DNA of 64,000 nucleotides from the IMG/VR virus record IMGVR_UViG_3300011269_000001; one strand, given 5' to 3'. The translations under genes were made by a program, and so were the position numbers. The stretch is from a virus. The notes below the pieces were generated by a model, which was not told the origin of the DNA, did no database searches, and saw only the letters and a program-made list of their open reading frames with translations. Below, piece after piece: positions 32,178 to 42,657 of this stretch. Position 1 is the first letter of the stretch; each line of letters begins with the position of its first letter.

Positions 32178-32633
32178 TTGGCGGAAGTTTATCAAGGCGG
32201 TCCTTGCAAGCGCGGGCATTCTGGGCTCCGGTATAAGAGCACTCGGAACTGCATAACTTGCGCTATCGGTCGCACGACCGACTGGCGTCAGCGAAACCCT
32301 GACCTTGTAAGCAAGTACATGAAGCATCCGAATAGAGCCCTATGGCACGCGGCTAAATTTCGTGCAAAGCAGCGAGGCTTGGAATTTGATATTCTTCCAA
32401 CAGAAATTGTCGTTCCTGAATTTTGTCCAGTATTTCAAATCAAACTGGGGAAGATTACCGGCAGACTTCGAAATGACACCCCATCACTTGACCGCGTTGA
32501 CAATTCCCTCGGCTATGTGCACGGTAATGTTCGTGTTATTTCTTGGCGAGCTAATCAGGCCAAGAGCAATTTGTCTGATGAAGAGCTTATTGCTCTTGGC
32601 CTTGATGCTTTTACCAGGCTGGAGGGGCACTAA
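32178..32633 (+). CDS. HNH/His-Me finger endonuclease
   Basis: VPEFCPVF...PSLDRVDNSLGYVHGNVRVISWRANQAK with an N-terminal CKRGH...CITC zinc knuckle. Confidence 0.8.
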   Translation: MAEVYQGGPCKRGHSGLRYKSTRNCITCAIGRTTDWRQRNPDLVSKYMKHPNRALWHAAKFRAKQRGLEFDILPTEIVVPEFCPVFQIKLGKITGRLRNDTPSLDRVDNSLGYVHGNVRVISWRANQAKSNLSDEELIALGLDAFTRLEGH

Positions 32634-32665
32634 GCGACAATCTTACTCCTGTAGAGGAGAAGCTC

Positions 32666-33076
32666 ATGCTGCTCAGTGCCCGACCCCTAAAGAATGTTGC
32701 CAGCGCCAATGTATTCGAATACGCCAATACCTTCGAATGGACCTCCGGGGACACGGTAACCGTCTTTTTTCAGCTAATTGACGCCCAGCTGGACCGCCCA
32801 GAGGATGGCTTCGTGCCCCCCGGCCGGCGGTTTATGCCCGCGGTTGGCTCGACACTGACCGTTACCCTTCAGACCCTCGACCAGCTGAAACAGATTGCAG
32901 GCCGGGTCGCGACCCAGCCGTTTCCCCTGGACCCCAGTATTTGGTCTTTCAACGTTCTTTCCACGGACCTCTGTACCGGGACCGCCAACCTTCGACTCAG
33001 TCTGAACCAAGGCGGTATCATCACGCAGGGCGTTCTGAAGAATGCCTTCAGGGTTCAGTCAACGACCACAATCTAA
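32666..33076 (+). CDS. Putative virion structural protein (beta-rich)
   Basis: RBS GAGGAG, CAATCTT at 32638, directly upstream of the adaptor gene. Confidence 0.5.
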   Translation: MLLSARPLKNVASANVFEYANTFEWTSGDTVTVFFQLIDAQLDRPEDGFVPPGRRFMPAVGSTLTVTLQTLDQLKQIAGRVATQPFPLDPSIWSFNVLSTDLCTGTANLRLSLNQGGIITQGVLKNAFRVQSTTTI

Positions 33077-33084
33077 GGTGACCA

Positions 33085-33927
33085 ATGGCCCAGGACTACT
33101 CAGGCAGTAAAGTTGGTCCGGGAGCAACCTTTCCTGAGGTTGCCCTCGACACAGCCAGGGTCCGCCTGGAGCCTATGCTCAAACCCGAGCAGCTCCGGGA
33201 ACGGTTTCTCTTTGGTATCCCATTGGTGTCCAGAATCAAGGACCCCATCACCGGCAAGTTCCAAGTCTTCACGGAAGAAATGCTCTCGGACATCATTGAC
33301 GGTGCCGTGGAAACTGCGGAACAGGAAACCAAGATTGACATCTTCCCGGTAAAGCGCCGGGAGAAGCATCCTTTTGACCGCAACCACTACGAGAGCTTTG
33401 GCTACTTCCAGGTGGAGCACAGGCCCATCACCAGCATTGACAAGCTCAGCGTCACGCCCTCGAATGCCATCGACATCTTCACCGTGCCCCAGGAATGGAT
33501 TGAGGCCGCATACCTTATCCGTGGCCAGGTGAACATCGTCCCGTTGACCATCAGCTTTCTGAACGGAGGTTTCGTCCCGACCCAGGGGGCCGGTGGCGCC
33601 GCGTTCCTGTCTCTCTTGGGTAACAAGGCCTGGATTCCTGCCTACTGGCAATTCGAATACACGAGTGGCTACAAGGACGGCAATGTGCCCCGCATCGTCA
33701 ATGAATTGATTGGCTCCATCGCGGCCATCGAAGTACTCAGCCAGCTGGCAGCTACGTTTAGGGTCACCAGCCATTCGCTGGGAATCGACGCCATGAGTCA
33801 GTCGGTGTCCGGGCCAGGGCCGCAGATGTTTGTGGTCCGTATCAAGGAACTCGAAGAAAAGAAGACCCGCATCGTCAAAAAGCTCAAAGCCGCCTACGGT
33901 CTCAAGATTTTTTCCTCGCACGTGTAA
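33085..33927 (+). CDS. Head-tail adaptor / neck protein
   Basis: EYTSGY...IGSIAAIEVL...SHSLGIDAMSQSVS resembles Twort/SPO1-type adaptor proteins. CAATCTA at 33069. Confidence 0.7.
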   Translation: MAQDYSGSKVGPGATFPEVALDTARVRLEPMLKPEQLRERFLFGIPLVSRIKDPITGKFQVFTEEMLSDIIDGAVETAEQETKIDIFPVKRREKHPFDRNHYESFGYFQVEHRPITSIDKLSVTPSNAIDIFTVPQEWIEAAYLIRGQVNIVPLTISFLNGGFVPTQGAGGAAFLSLLGNKAWIPAYWQFEYTSGYKDGNVPRIVNELIGSIAAIEVLSQLAATFRVTSHSLGIDAMSQSVSGPGPQMFVVRIKELEEKKTRIVKKLKAAYGLKIFSSHV

Positions 33928-33929
33928 TC

Positions 33930-36900
33930 ATGAAACTGGGCAAGTCTCAACGCGAGAAGGCCCTCGTCGTAGCCTCGGTGGCCTGCTTCAACCCCGATGG
34001 CTTGCTCCTGCTCGGCAAGCGCGACGATACCGGCAAATGGGTTCTGCCGGGCGGCCATGCTACGCTCAAGGAAGAGAACGAAGAAGACCATCGCCGGACC
34101 GCGGTCCGGGAACTTTACGAGGAAGCTGGCCTCAAGCCCAAGACCTTGGAATATCTCGGTCAAGATACTGTCCATAAGGGCGGACATGACATCGTCGTGC
34201 ACTGTTACCGAGCCGATGTTGATGGAGAGCCTACTGGCAAGCATGACCCCGACGAAGAGTGCTCTCACTGGGAATGGGTAGACGCCAGCGACGGCATCCC
34301 GGAGAAGTACGACCTCCGAGACCGGCCTAATTGCACCCTGGTCAGGCTCGGCATCGAGGCCAGCCTCAGCAAGGCCCAAAAGAATTGGCGGTCCCGGGAA
34401 GGCATCACCATCCCGACGGCTGATAATCCGGAGCGTAGGCACTGGAACGATGCCTTCGAACAACACCTGAAGGAAGTTTTTGGCAGCCAGCGAGGCCAGG
34501 ACCTCCAGCCGATAAAGGTCCCCGTTGAACAACTCCAGGGCATGAACATGCCCGTGAACCAGGACCGGCTCCGACTCTACCGTCGCATGGCCGCTGCCGG
34601 CGAACAACTCCCGCCCATCGTCGTCCGACGTTCGGGGAAGGGCTTTAACGTCATCGACGGCAACCATCGTCTGGCAGCCGCCCAGGCCCGGGGTGTCACG
34701 CACCTGAATGCGTACGAAATTCTGGACCCAGTGAAGAAGGCCTTGAAGGACATTCCTGTCGGGCCACGAGTTAAATTTCAACCAGAAGAAGTCCAGCAAT
34801 GGCGCTCGTTGACTGGTGGTTCGAATCCATGGAAATTGGACCAAGGTTTGCTCCAGGGCGCCGTCCATGACTATAGCCATGTCCTTAAGCCAGAGCATCG
34901 ACAAGCCGGCTATCGGCTCAGGGTTTACCACGCCCCGCGAGTCTCGCACCCTGACTTGAAAGGAAGATTCCCTGGACACAGGCTAGAAGCTAAGTTGTTC
35001 CACGGTGACCAATACGCAGGCGGTATTCAAGCCCTCGTCGGTCACGAAGACCCGGTAGACCCGGGTGTAATTGACATCGGTCATTCTCGGCTGAGAGACG
35101 AGCATCGGGGCAAGGGCCTCGGCCTGGCTCTCTACGAGGCTCTCCTGGCCCATGGGAAAAATAAATTAGGTGCCTCGCACGTCAGCGGAGATGCTCATAG
35201 TACCCTGGCGTCTAGAGTCCATCAGAAGCTGAGCGAAAGACACGGAATGGGGTACGAACCCGAAGAGAAAATGGGGCCATCAGAATCAAAGCCTACTGCT
35301 GCCGAATTTCAGCGCCTAGGAATTGAGCCAAAGTCCCAATACAATTATGCCGCAGAAGCCTTCGATGAGCGTTTTGCCCCGTATCAATACGCTCTGAAAC
35401 AGGAAGTGGCTCCGACCGATATCGGCCTGGAGGCCAGGGGCTACCAATTCGGAATTCATCACCTGAAGGACCGAACCGGGCAAGTCCATACCACGACCGT
35501 CTCAGTGACTCATCCTGATGAATATAAGCGGTCGGGCGACGACAAAGTTGGTGCCGTAGATTTCGAACATACGCCAGACGAGCATCTTGTTGCCAGCCAG
35601 GTTTGGGTTCATGAGCGTCATCAACGACAGGGTATTGCCAGGCGAATGTATCAGCTTGCAACTGAAGCAGCAAACAAGCCAATTAGGCCATCTTCTCTGC
35701 GGACCCAGGCGGGTGCCAATTTTTGGCTTGGTAAGGATGAACTAGATTTTAATAAAAAAGAAAATGCCGAACCTGGACACTCGGACGAGGATGATGGTAT
35801 ACTACCCTCTTTTCAGGAGCGTGATTCATTGGTTCTTGAGAAGGCACTCTGGCCGAGTTTGTTGACAGCCGCTACTCTAGCAACATCTCCGGTCCAGGCG
35901 CAAGTCCCAGGTGCAGAAATCCAACCCCAGGCACAGCAGGTCCAGCAAGTAGAGCAGAAATGGACTCCGCATGGCCTGGACCGGGAATTGAAACCTATCG
36001 CTCACCTGGAATCTGGTTTCGGCCGAAACACGAACCATGAGCCACATTCTGGGGGTCCGTATCATACGGCCTATGGAGCCCTGGGCCTGAAACCGGTCAC
36101 CGCTCACGAAACCTATAAGCACAGTCCGCGGTTGCAGAAGCTTTTCCCGGGTCTCGACTCTCCGGAGAAAGTCATCGAGAAGATGAAGGACCCACAATTT
36201 TACAACATTGTGGCCAGCGGACATTGGCGCTACCTCAAGAGAGTACTCGGTGACCCTCTGAAAGCCGCCTATGGTTGGCGTTGGGGTCTGGGTGCTGCTC
36301 AGCACGCTGACGACTATCAAATCAAGACCGAGCCCTATGTGCAGAAGTACGGCCTGATGATGGCTGCCAAGCTCGGTCAAGCGGTTATCAGCCACCTGAT
36401 GGAAAAGACCGAGCTTACGAAGTCTGAGCAGGACCATCTGATGACCCTTCTGGACCATGATGACCGTCTCGAACGACGCCTGGCCCTCAAGCACAAGAGC
36501 ATAAAGCCGTTCCACTTGCGCCACGCTCTTCATGATGAAGACCCAGAGATTCGAGCCCTGGCTGCTGCTCACCCGGCGATGACCGATGAACTTCTGACCG
36601 AGTCCTTGTATCACGACGACCCGATGGTCCGTGAGACTCTGGCTCGTCGACCGGACCTGCAGGCTCATCACCTGGACGTTCTGCTCTGGGACCCAGCGAC
36701 TCAGGCCTTGGCCAGCCGGCATCCGGCTCTGACCGAGGAACAGCGACAGAAGCTTGTCGAGCATCCCCAGACCCCGGCCGGACTCCGAGAAGAAGTGCTG
36801 CGGAAGAACATCGGCTTCCTTCTCTATCCCAATTTTGGTCTCAAGCAAGTTCCCACGCAGCCCATGATTTTGGGAGATAGAAAGCATCGCGAAAATCGAT

Positions 36901-38798
36901 ATCTGCTGCAAGCAACAAGGCTTACCGGGAAGAAGGCTCCTGCAGCTGCTCAGGTCAAAGCTTATCTTCGGGCTGCCAGAACCGGTGGTTCGATGCTTTA
37001 CAACACGATGCCCGATGCGCCGACTCCTAGCCATTGGCGGACCATGGGTGGTTTTGTCAACCCTGAGACGAATTTGAATTTACACGGTAATGTCGGTCAC
37101 GAATCTCAACACAGCGTCTACGGACAGCTTTCTCAGAACATTGGCCAAAAGGGAATGCGGGAAGTAGTTGACCGGACCATTGGTTCCTTGGATGAAAAGC
37201 ATCGCCAGGCCCTGGATAAAATCATGGCCACAAAGCGCTATGCGTATACCCCGGAGCAAGCGCCCGAGGAAAACCTGGCCTACGTCCATAACTACCTTCA
37301 GGACCCGGTGATGCGGGCGGGGGTTCATCGGCATCATGGCCTGAATGAGCAAGAAGGTCGGGAGTTGGTACAAGACGTCCGTCGGGCCTGGCAGCAGATG
37401 CAACGGTACGCCCAGACTCTGAAGCCCAAAGATATCGGGCCTCACATCTGGGCCGACCCCAAGCTCAACAAGACCGAAGAGCTTCGCGACTGGGCCAAGC
37501 ATCACGGTGCCGACCTGACCAAGCGCAGCGAGGTCCTGCTTCGAGACCCTTCGCGTGGCAAGCCCGAAGAGAAGGAAGACCTTGCCCAGGACCTGATGGG
37601 ATTCAGCGAACATGCTGACGCCGTCATGGCCGCAGCAAAATTCCTATCCGGAGGCAAAGAAATCAACGAGGAAGAATTCCGTCGTTATCTCTGGGTTCAC
37701 GACAACGATATCGAGGCCGCTGCTCTGGCAGCCTATGGCTTGGAAATCAACGAAGCCAACCTGAAGGCTCTGAAGGGTTTGCTGGAGATTCGTGACCTCG
37801 GGAAGAAGGAAAAGATTTGGGACTACGACCCGCACGTGGTCGCCGCGGTCCCTGAAGGCGAGAAAACGGCCCGTGAGGTTGAAGCAGCTCTCCGTGCCGG
37901 CAACGTGAAGCAACTTGAACTCAAGGGCAAGCACAGTAAAGGCGCCCTTATGGTTTGGGCTCCACATGGTGGCGATACCTATCTTCTGAAGCCCGGGTCC
38001 GGTAAGCCGAGTCCGGCAAAGGGGGTCAAGGAAGAACGCGCCAGCCAGTCCCAGCGCGAGGCAGCATTCGCCCACGTGGCCCGGAATTGGGACCTGGAAC
38101 AGTATCTTCCCAGTGCCGACCTGATTATCGTCGAAGACAAAAAGGACGGCCAGAAGGTAATCAAAGAATACGCAGCCATCAAATTCCTGGGCATCGGCTG
38201 GAAAAATCTTGACAAGACCCGGAGTAAGACCCCGAACCTGGGTCGCATGGCCATGACCAAGTACCTCCGGAACGGGAGTCTGCACAAGTGGGCTGTTCTC
38301 GACTGGGTGCTCGGGAATCCGGACCGCCACAGCCAGAATCTGATGATTTCTAACGAGGAAATGGGTAGCCGGTTGATGCTCATTGACCACGGCTCCGCGT
38401 TTGCCGGACAGAGCTTCGACCCCGTCCACGACGAGAGTAGCTTCACACCCTATTACCTTCGGATTTGGAATTCGGACTCACGTAAGAATTTCAACCTCCT
38501 GAATCCAGAAGAGCGTTTCAAGGTCATGCCCCGGACCAATCACTTCAGCGAAGACCTCCTGAGGGTTTGGTTGCAGGGTATCAACGAGCATGAACTGGAA
38601 TCAACACTGCTGCGCTATGGCCTGAACCCCGATGCTGAAGTTGGGCGCCTGCAGTTGGTCAAGACCTTGGCTCTCTCAATGCCGGTTGATGAAGCCATCA
38701 ATCAGATTTGGTCCGGGATGTACGGTGACCCGACTCACCAGGCCACGGCAGAGGAATTGACCGGACAAGCCGAACCGGTGGAGAACTTGGTTCGCTAG
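33930..38798 (+). CDS. 1622-aa polyvalent protein: Nudix, ParB-like, two GNAT, lysozyme/SLT-like, HEAT-like repeats, HExxH zincin-like, HipA/PI3-4-kinase-like
   Basis: LPGGH...AVRELYEEAG; PPIVV...IDGNHRLAA; HRGKGLG and HQRQGIA; IAHLESG...AYGALG...AAYGWRWG; LHDEDPEIR/LYHDDPMVR; HESQH (37098); DWVLGNPDRHSQN...LIDHG (38322). Confidence 0.85.
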   Translation: MKLGKSQREKALVVASVACFNPDGLLLLGKRDDTGKWVLPGGHATLKEENEEDHRRTAVRELYEEAGLKPKTLEYLGQDTVHKGGHDIVVHCYRADVDGEPTGKHDPDEECSHWEWVDASDGIPEKYDLRDRPNCTLVRLGIEASLSKAQKNWRSREGITIPTADNPERRHWNDAFEQHLKEVFGSQRGQDLQPIKVPVEQLQGMNMPVNQDRLRLYRRMAAAGEQLPPIVVRRSGKGFNVIDGNHRLAAAQARGVTHLNAYEILDPVKKALKDIPVGPRVKFQPEEVQQWRSLTGGSNPWKLDQGLLQGAVHDYSHVLKPEHRQAGYRLRVYHAPRVSHPDLKGRFPGHRLEAKLFHGDQYAGGIQALVGHEDPVDPGVIDIGHSRLRDEHRGKGLGLALYEALLAHGKNKLGASHVSGDAHSTLASRVHQKLSERHGMGYEPEEKMGPSESKPTAAEFQRLGIEPKSQYNYAAEAFDERFAPYQYALKQEVAPTDIGLEARGYQFGIHHLKDRTGQVHTTTVSVTHPDEYKRSGDDKVGAVDFEHTPDEHLVASQVWVHERHQRQGIARRMYQLATEAANKPIRPSSLRTQAGANFWLGKDELDFNKKENAEPGHSDEDDGILPSFQERDSLVLEKALWPSLLTAATLATSPVQAQVPGAEIQPQAQQVQQVEQKWTPHGLDRELKPIAHLESGFGRNTNHEPHSGGPYHTAYGALGLKPVTAHETYKHSPRLQKLFPGLDSPEKVIEKMKDPQFYNIVASGHWRYLKRVLGDPLKAAYGWRWGLGAAQHADDYQIKTEPYVQKYGLMMAAKLGQAVISHLMEKTELTKSEQDHLMTLLDHDDRLERRLALKHKSIKPFHLRHALHDEDPEIRALAAAHPAMTDELLTESLYHDDPMVRETLARRPDLQAHHLDVLLWDPATQALASRHPALTEEQRQKLVEHPQTPAGLREEVLRKNIGFLLYPNFGLKQVPTQPMILGDRKHRENRYLLQATRLTGKKAPAAAQVKAYLRAARTGGSMLYNTMPDAPTPSHWRTMGGFVNPETNLNLHGNVGHESQHSVYGQLSQNIGQKGMREVVDRTIGSLDEKHRQALDKIMATKRYAYTPEQAPEENLAYVHNYLQDPVMRAGVHRHHGLNEQEGRELVQDVRRAWQQMQRYAQTLKPKDIGPHIWADPKLNKTEELRDWAKHHGADLTKRSEVLLRDPSRGKPEEKEDLAQDLMGFSEHADAVMAAAKFLSGGKEINEEEFRRYLWVHDNDIEAAALAAYGLEINEANLKALKGLLEIRDLGKKEKIWDYDPHVVAAVPEGEKTAREVEAALRAGNVKQLELKGKHSKGALMVWAPHGGDTYLLKPGSGKPSPAKGVKEERASQSQREAAFAHVARNWDLEQYLPSADLIIVEDKKDGQKVIKEYAAIKFLGIGWKNLDKTRSKTPNLGRMAMTKYLRNGSLHKWAVLDWVLGNPDRHSQNLMISNEEMGSRLMLIDHGSAFAGQSFDPVHDESSFTPYYLRIWNSDSRKNFNLLNPEERFKVMPRTNHFSEDLLRVWLQGINEHELESTLLRYGLNPDAEVGRLQLVKTLALSMPVDEAINQIWSGMYGDPTHQATAEELTGQAEPVENLVR

Positions 38799-39449
38799 TA
38801 GCCGTCGTCTGGACCCAAGTCGCCAGTGAATACACGGCACTTGAGGCAAGCCGGCATTTCGCCCTCGTACGGGTCAAACTTGGTTGCTTCGATTATCTGA
38901 ACCTTGGTTACCGGCTTCGGGTTGCACTTGCAATCCCAGGGTTCGTTCCGGGTGTTGTCTCGAAACTCCGCTCGGTCCTTGAAAATCTCCGGATGCCAGG
39001 TATCCGAGACGTGCGCGTAGACTCCGAAGCCAACCAACTGACCTTCGTGGAAGACGTTAAAGTAAGTCCGACTCATGGTCGTGGGTGCGGCTTTACGAAC
39101 TGGCATTTGCCGTTGTGATTTTCGTCCAGGCTGCAGACCAGAGCGTTCCACTGACCGCAGTACTCGCAGTTCTTGGTCTGCAGGCAGGAACCGACAGCAT
39201 GACCATACTCATCGTAGACGGCCAGCTTGTGACCCTGGTGATTGGCGAAGAATTGGAGCTTGTTGCGGTCTATTTCGAGGATTTCCCGGCCGTCATCGTC
39301 TATCTTGGCAAGCGCAGCTAGGGTATCGGCGTTCTTAATCAGGTCCTGAAGCCCCGGGACATCGTAGTAAGAGGAGTCGTGATTGTTGATGTACCGGAAG
39401 GAGCCATCTTCCAGGTCGCAGGTCAGGCAACGGATATCGTATTTTGTGC

Positions 39450-40124
39450 TCACTTGGGAAAGTCTTTCGTCTTGAGTTTGGTTATGAGACGATGCCCCTT
39501 CTTATCGAAGAGAGTCTCTAATGGACGCCCCACCAACCCCTCTGCCATTTGCTTTGAATCGACGGCGCACTTCGACTTGAAGCCGTTCCAGACCATCACG
39601 GTCGCATCTTCCAGCGTCATCTCACCAAACGATGGCACGACGTCCAGACCCAGCTTTGCCGCAACATCGCAAACGTTTTCGTAGTTGAGCCACCACTTGC
39701 CGTCCACGAGCACGTCAAAGACAATCAGCTTCTTGGTAGTTGAGTACCCGCCACCTTTTTGAATTCCTGCTCCGTATCCTTCGCCGTAAATGACTACGTC
39801 GATATCCTTGAGTCCGGTGTACTCAAAGCCTCCACCTTCGCGGTCCCATTCGTCTGGAGGAAATGCAACTCGGACTTTTTCTGGCGTCACATTCTCGTAG
39901 AGCCACTTTACGAGGTCTGCGTGTATCTGTGCGTTGTCAGTCTTGCCGCCGAAGCTCAGCTTTCCATCTTTCCAGATGCAACGGATATTGGTACCGTCTA
40001 TCTTCTCGGTCCAATGCCACGTTTTTAGCAACGAATAGGTTCGGTTCTTCAGCTCGCCCACACGAACCTTGAACGTCTTTTCATCCCGTTCGTAAAGCGT
40101 TTCTATCTTGTGATACTCGCTCAT
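39450..40124 (-). CDS. RNA ligase (Rnl2-like nucleotidyltransferase)
   Basis: YHKIETL, TEKIDGTN (motif I), IYGEGYG, IVFDV, AEGLVG, ITKLK. Confidence 0.8.
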   Translation of the reverse strand: MSEYHKIETLYERDEKTFKVRVGELKNRTYSLLKTWHWTEKIDGTNIRCIWKDGKLSFGGKTDNAQIHADLVKWLYENVTPEKVRVAFPPDEWDREGGGFEYTGLKDIDVVIYGEGYGAGIQKGGGYSTTKKLIVFDVLVDGKWWLNYENVCDVAAKLGLDVVPSFGEMTLEDATVMVWNGFKSKCAVDSKQMAEGLVGRPLETLFDKKGHRLITKLKTKDFPK

Positions 40125-40776
40125 TTGCGCTCCGAACCTTGTTGTTTCATTTTGCCCTACTATGGGCTCGGTGATACTTGCGGTTCTTTTCCCGGGCCTG
40201 CTCTCGATGCGAATAGCACCACACGGTTCTATCAACCGTTGGCGAGACGACACCTATCGGGCACATGACGCAGAGACCGTCGCGCTTGCGGGCGTGGTAC
40301 TTGTTGTAACTCCACTCCCAACAATATTTCCGATTTTTGATAGTATGAGGCATGCACCGCTGTTGACCGGGGATATGTCTTTGGTCACAGCTGTGGCAGA
40401 GACCTTGGTGATAGCGGCTCTTGGACCACCGGCGCCAGCGGAATCTTGCCTTGAGCAAGTGCTTGCTGCAGATGCTATAGCCGTTCAGCTTGTCTGCGGA
40501 ACACTGCGGACACTTCACTTTGGCTTTGAAGGCCTTGATGAAAATAGGACTCATGATGCAATCTTCCTTCCCGGGACATCTTCTCCGCTGTGCGCGCCGA
40601 GGATATCTACCCAACTAGGGCTTATGATTTCTCCACCCAGGCGAGCCGGCGTGCTGTGCACGAAAACGTCAACGCGGATGTCGTCGTGAACGATGTCGAC
40701 GATGTAGACCTTTTTGTCATTCAAGGTCTCTGGGATTCGGGCAATCCGCTCTTTCAATTCTCCGACGGTCATAGAG

Positions 40777-41427
40777 TCAATCCACCTTGTATTCTTCGTC
40801 CGGACCCAGGCCTAGGTACTCACGCCAGTAGACCCAGCGGTCTTCTTTAATGAAACCCCAGTGACGGAAATGCGGTCCGGTAATAACCAAGGTCCAAGCC
40901 GGGGTTGGTGGACCAGACACAAAGGAACCGTTGGCGTCCCAACCGTAGTCCTTCGAGAACAGAATCACCCGATGAATGTGGCTAGCTGGTCTGCGGACAA
41001 TCTCTCCCGGAAAGACCGGGGTGCCTTCCTTCTGGTACCGATTACCTGGACCGCCGTCAACGCTTGGGGGCACGAAGCCCCATTCTTGGTCAAAGTAGCC
41101 GCCGCGGAGGATGATGCTGGTGAAATCGAACGGATGGTCGTGCGGGTCCGGGTCGTCGTCGCTGCGGAGAATGTGATGCAGGTAGATACTGTGGCCGGAA
41201 CTGGTATTAAAGTGGAATCTCTTTTCCGGACTGACTGCCAAAGCGTGGCGGTTGCGCCAGAGGAAGAAGCGCCGCAGGTAGACAACCTTCTCCCCGTTCA
41301 CGACTTTGGTGATTTCGAAGTACGGGAGCAGGGCCATCAGCACCCGCTCTATTCCAAGCTGGAGAATGAGGATGGTCAGGAAGGCCGCCACCCCCACGAG
41401 ACTAAGAATTATCCAGAGCAGAATCAT
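40777..41427 (-). CDS. Membrane-anchored cupin-fold protein
   Basis: N-terminal TM helix; YLHHILRSDDDPDPHDHPFDFTSIILRGGY...HIHRV...WTLVITG. Confidence 0.65.
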   Translation of the reverse strand: MILLWIILSLVGVAAFLTILILQLGIERVLMALLPYFEITKVVNGEKVVYLRRFFLWRNRHALAVSPEKRFHFNTSSGHSIYLHHILRSDDDPDPHDHPFDFTSIILRGGYFDQEWGFVPPSVDGGPGNRYQKEGTPVFPGEIVRRPASHIHRVILFSKDYGWDANGSFVSGPPTPAWTLVITGPHFRHWGFIKEDRWVYWREYLGLGPDEEYKVD

Positions 41428-42312
41428 GGTTCATTCACATTTCGGACAGAAGTTGGCGTCGCCGCCCAAGAGGCCAACGTATATTTTGGTTGGACCACCG
41501 CAGACCGTGCAAACCTTGGATTTGGCGTTTGCCGGGATGACTTTTTTGGCAGGGGCTGAAGTCGACGGTAGGGTGGATGATGCTGCTGGAGCACTGCTGT
41601 AGAGTCGGCCCGCGCCGCCGGGGAGCGGCGGCAATACATTCTGGGTTCCTTGGAACTCAGTGATAGCAAAGACCGCGTCGACATCGTACTTGTACTTTTT
41701 GATTTCCGACCAGGTATTGTTTTTTAGGATGCGGTATTGGAGTTCAACTTGGGCGTTGGTCAAGCCAGGATTTCCGGGCAGAAGAGTCAACGAGACAATA
41801 TAGAGAACCTCGTTCCTCTTGTTGGTGTAATAGTACCCGGTCTTGATGTCTTTGGCTGTCAGCGTGGCCATTTTAGTGTCCAGGCTTCAGCAAGAAGCTT
41901 GCCAACTTGTCCACCAGATTCTCGTTCTTGGTAACCAGGAATTCGATGCGTTCCCGGAGTTTTTTATTCTCTTCCAAGGAGGCTTCGTACCTGGCCTTGT
42001 AGCTGTTCCCGACCTTTGCTTTGATGGGGCGATTGGGAATCCGATATGCCGTGTTCTTGGCGTTGGTCTCGGCATTGAGGACTTGGTCGCTGTCGTCCAG
42101 CCGACCAGCCTTGGCTAATTCACTCAGGGCACGGTAGATGGGCTGGGCTCGGCGCTTGCCCTCGGTGACGCTGACTAGGTCGCTGCCATAGAAGTAGACG
42201 ATAACATCTTCTGCAGTCCCGCAACCGCCCATCCGATGAAGGGCCTCGTAGACGTCATCGTTGCTGACGCTGAACGGATTCTTGGTCGCGTAGGTGGTTT
42301 TCGAAGCATCGG

Positions 42313-42657
42313 TCATGCTTTCCTCAATGGCTGGATGCGGTGGTCACAGTTTTGGTATGGGCTCAGACCAATGCTGTTGATGAGAACCTTGGTAAGAACA
42401 TTGCCGGTCTTGCCAAAGGTGCGTCCACCAATGGCCGGGGTCCACGTTCCCTCGGGGAGGTCTCCATCGATATCGATTTCAGCGTCGACACCGCCTTCGA
42501 CTTTCTTCAGGGTCGCGGAACCGATTTTCTTCTGGGGGTCGAAACCCAGCGTGACCCATACTGGGCCATCTTCCAATTCCACTCCCGCGGGGTCGAAGGT
42601 TTCGCCCTGGCTGTCGGGCACTTCATCAAGGTTTAGGACTCGGACTGTGAATTTCAT
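42313..42657 (-). CDS. Prohead-protease-like protein, apparently lacking catalytic residues
   Basis: DSQGETFDPAGV...KIG...PAIGG...GNVL...SIGLS follows the layout of HK97-type prohead proteases. Confidence 0.45.
   Translation of the reverse strand: MKFTVRVLNLDEVPDSQGETFDPAGVELEDGPVWVTLGFDPQKKIGSATLKKVEGGVDAEIDIDGDLPEGTWTPAIGGRTFGKTGNVLTKVLINSIGLSPYQNCDHRIQPLRKA

Noticed and set aside
28322-40565. CAATCTT copies at 28322 and 40559
   Set aside because: Inside or antisense to coding regions with no + strand start nearby; treated as chance matches
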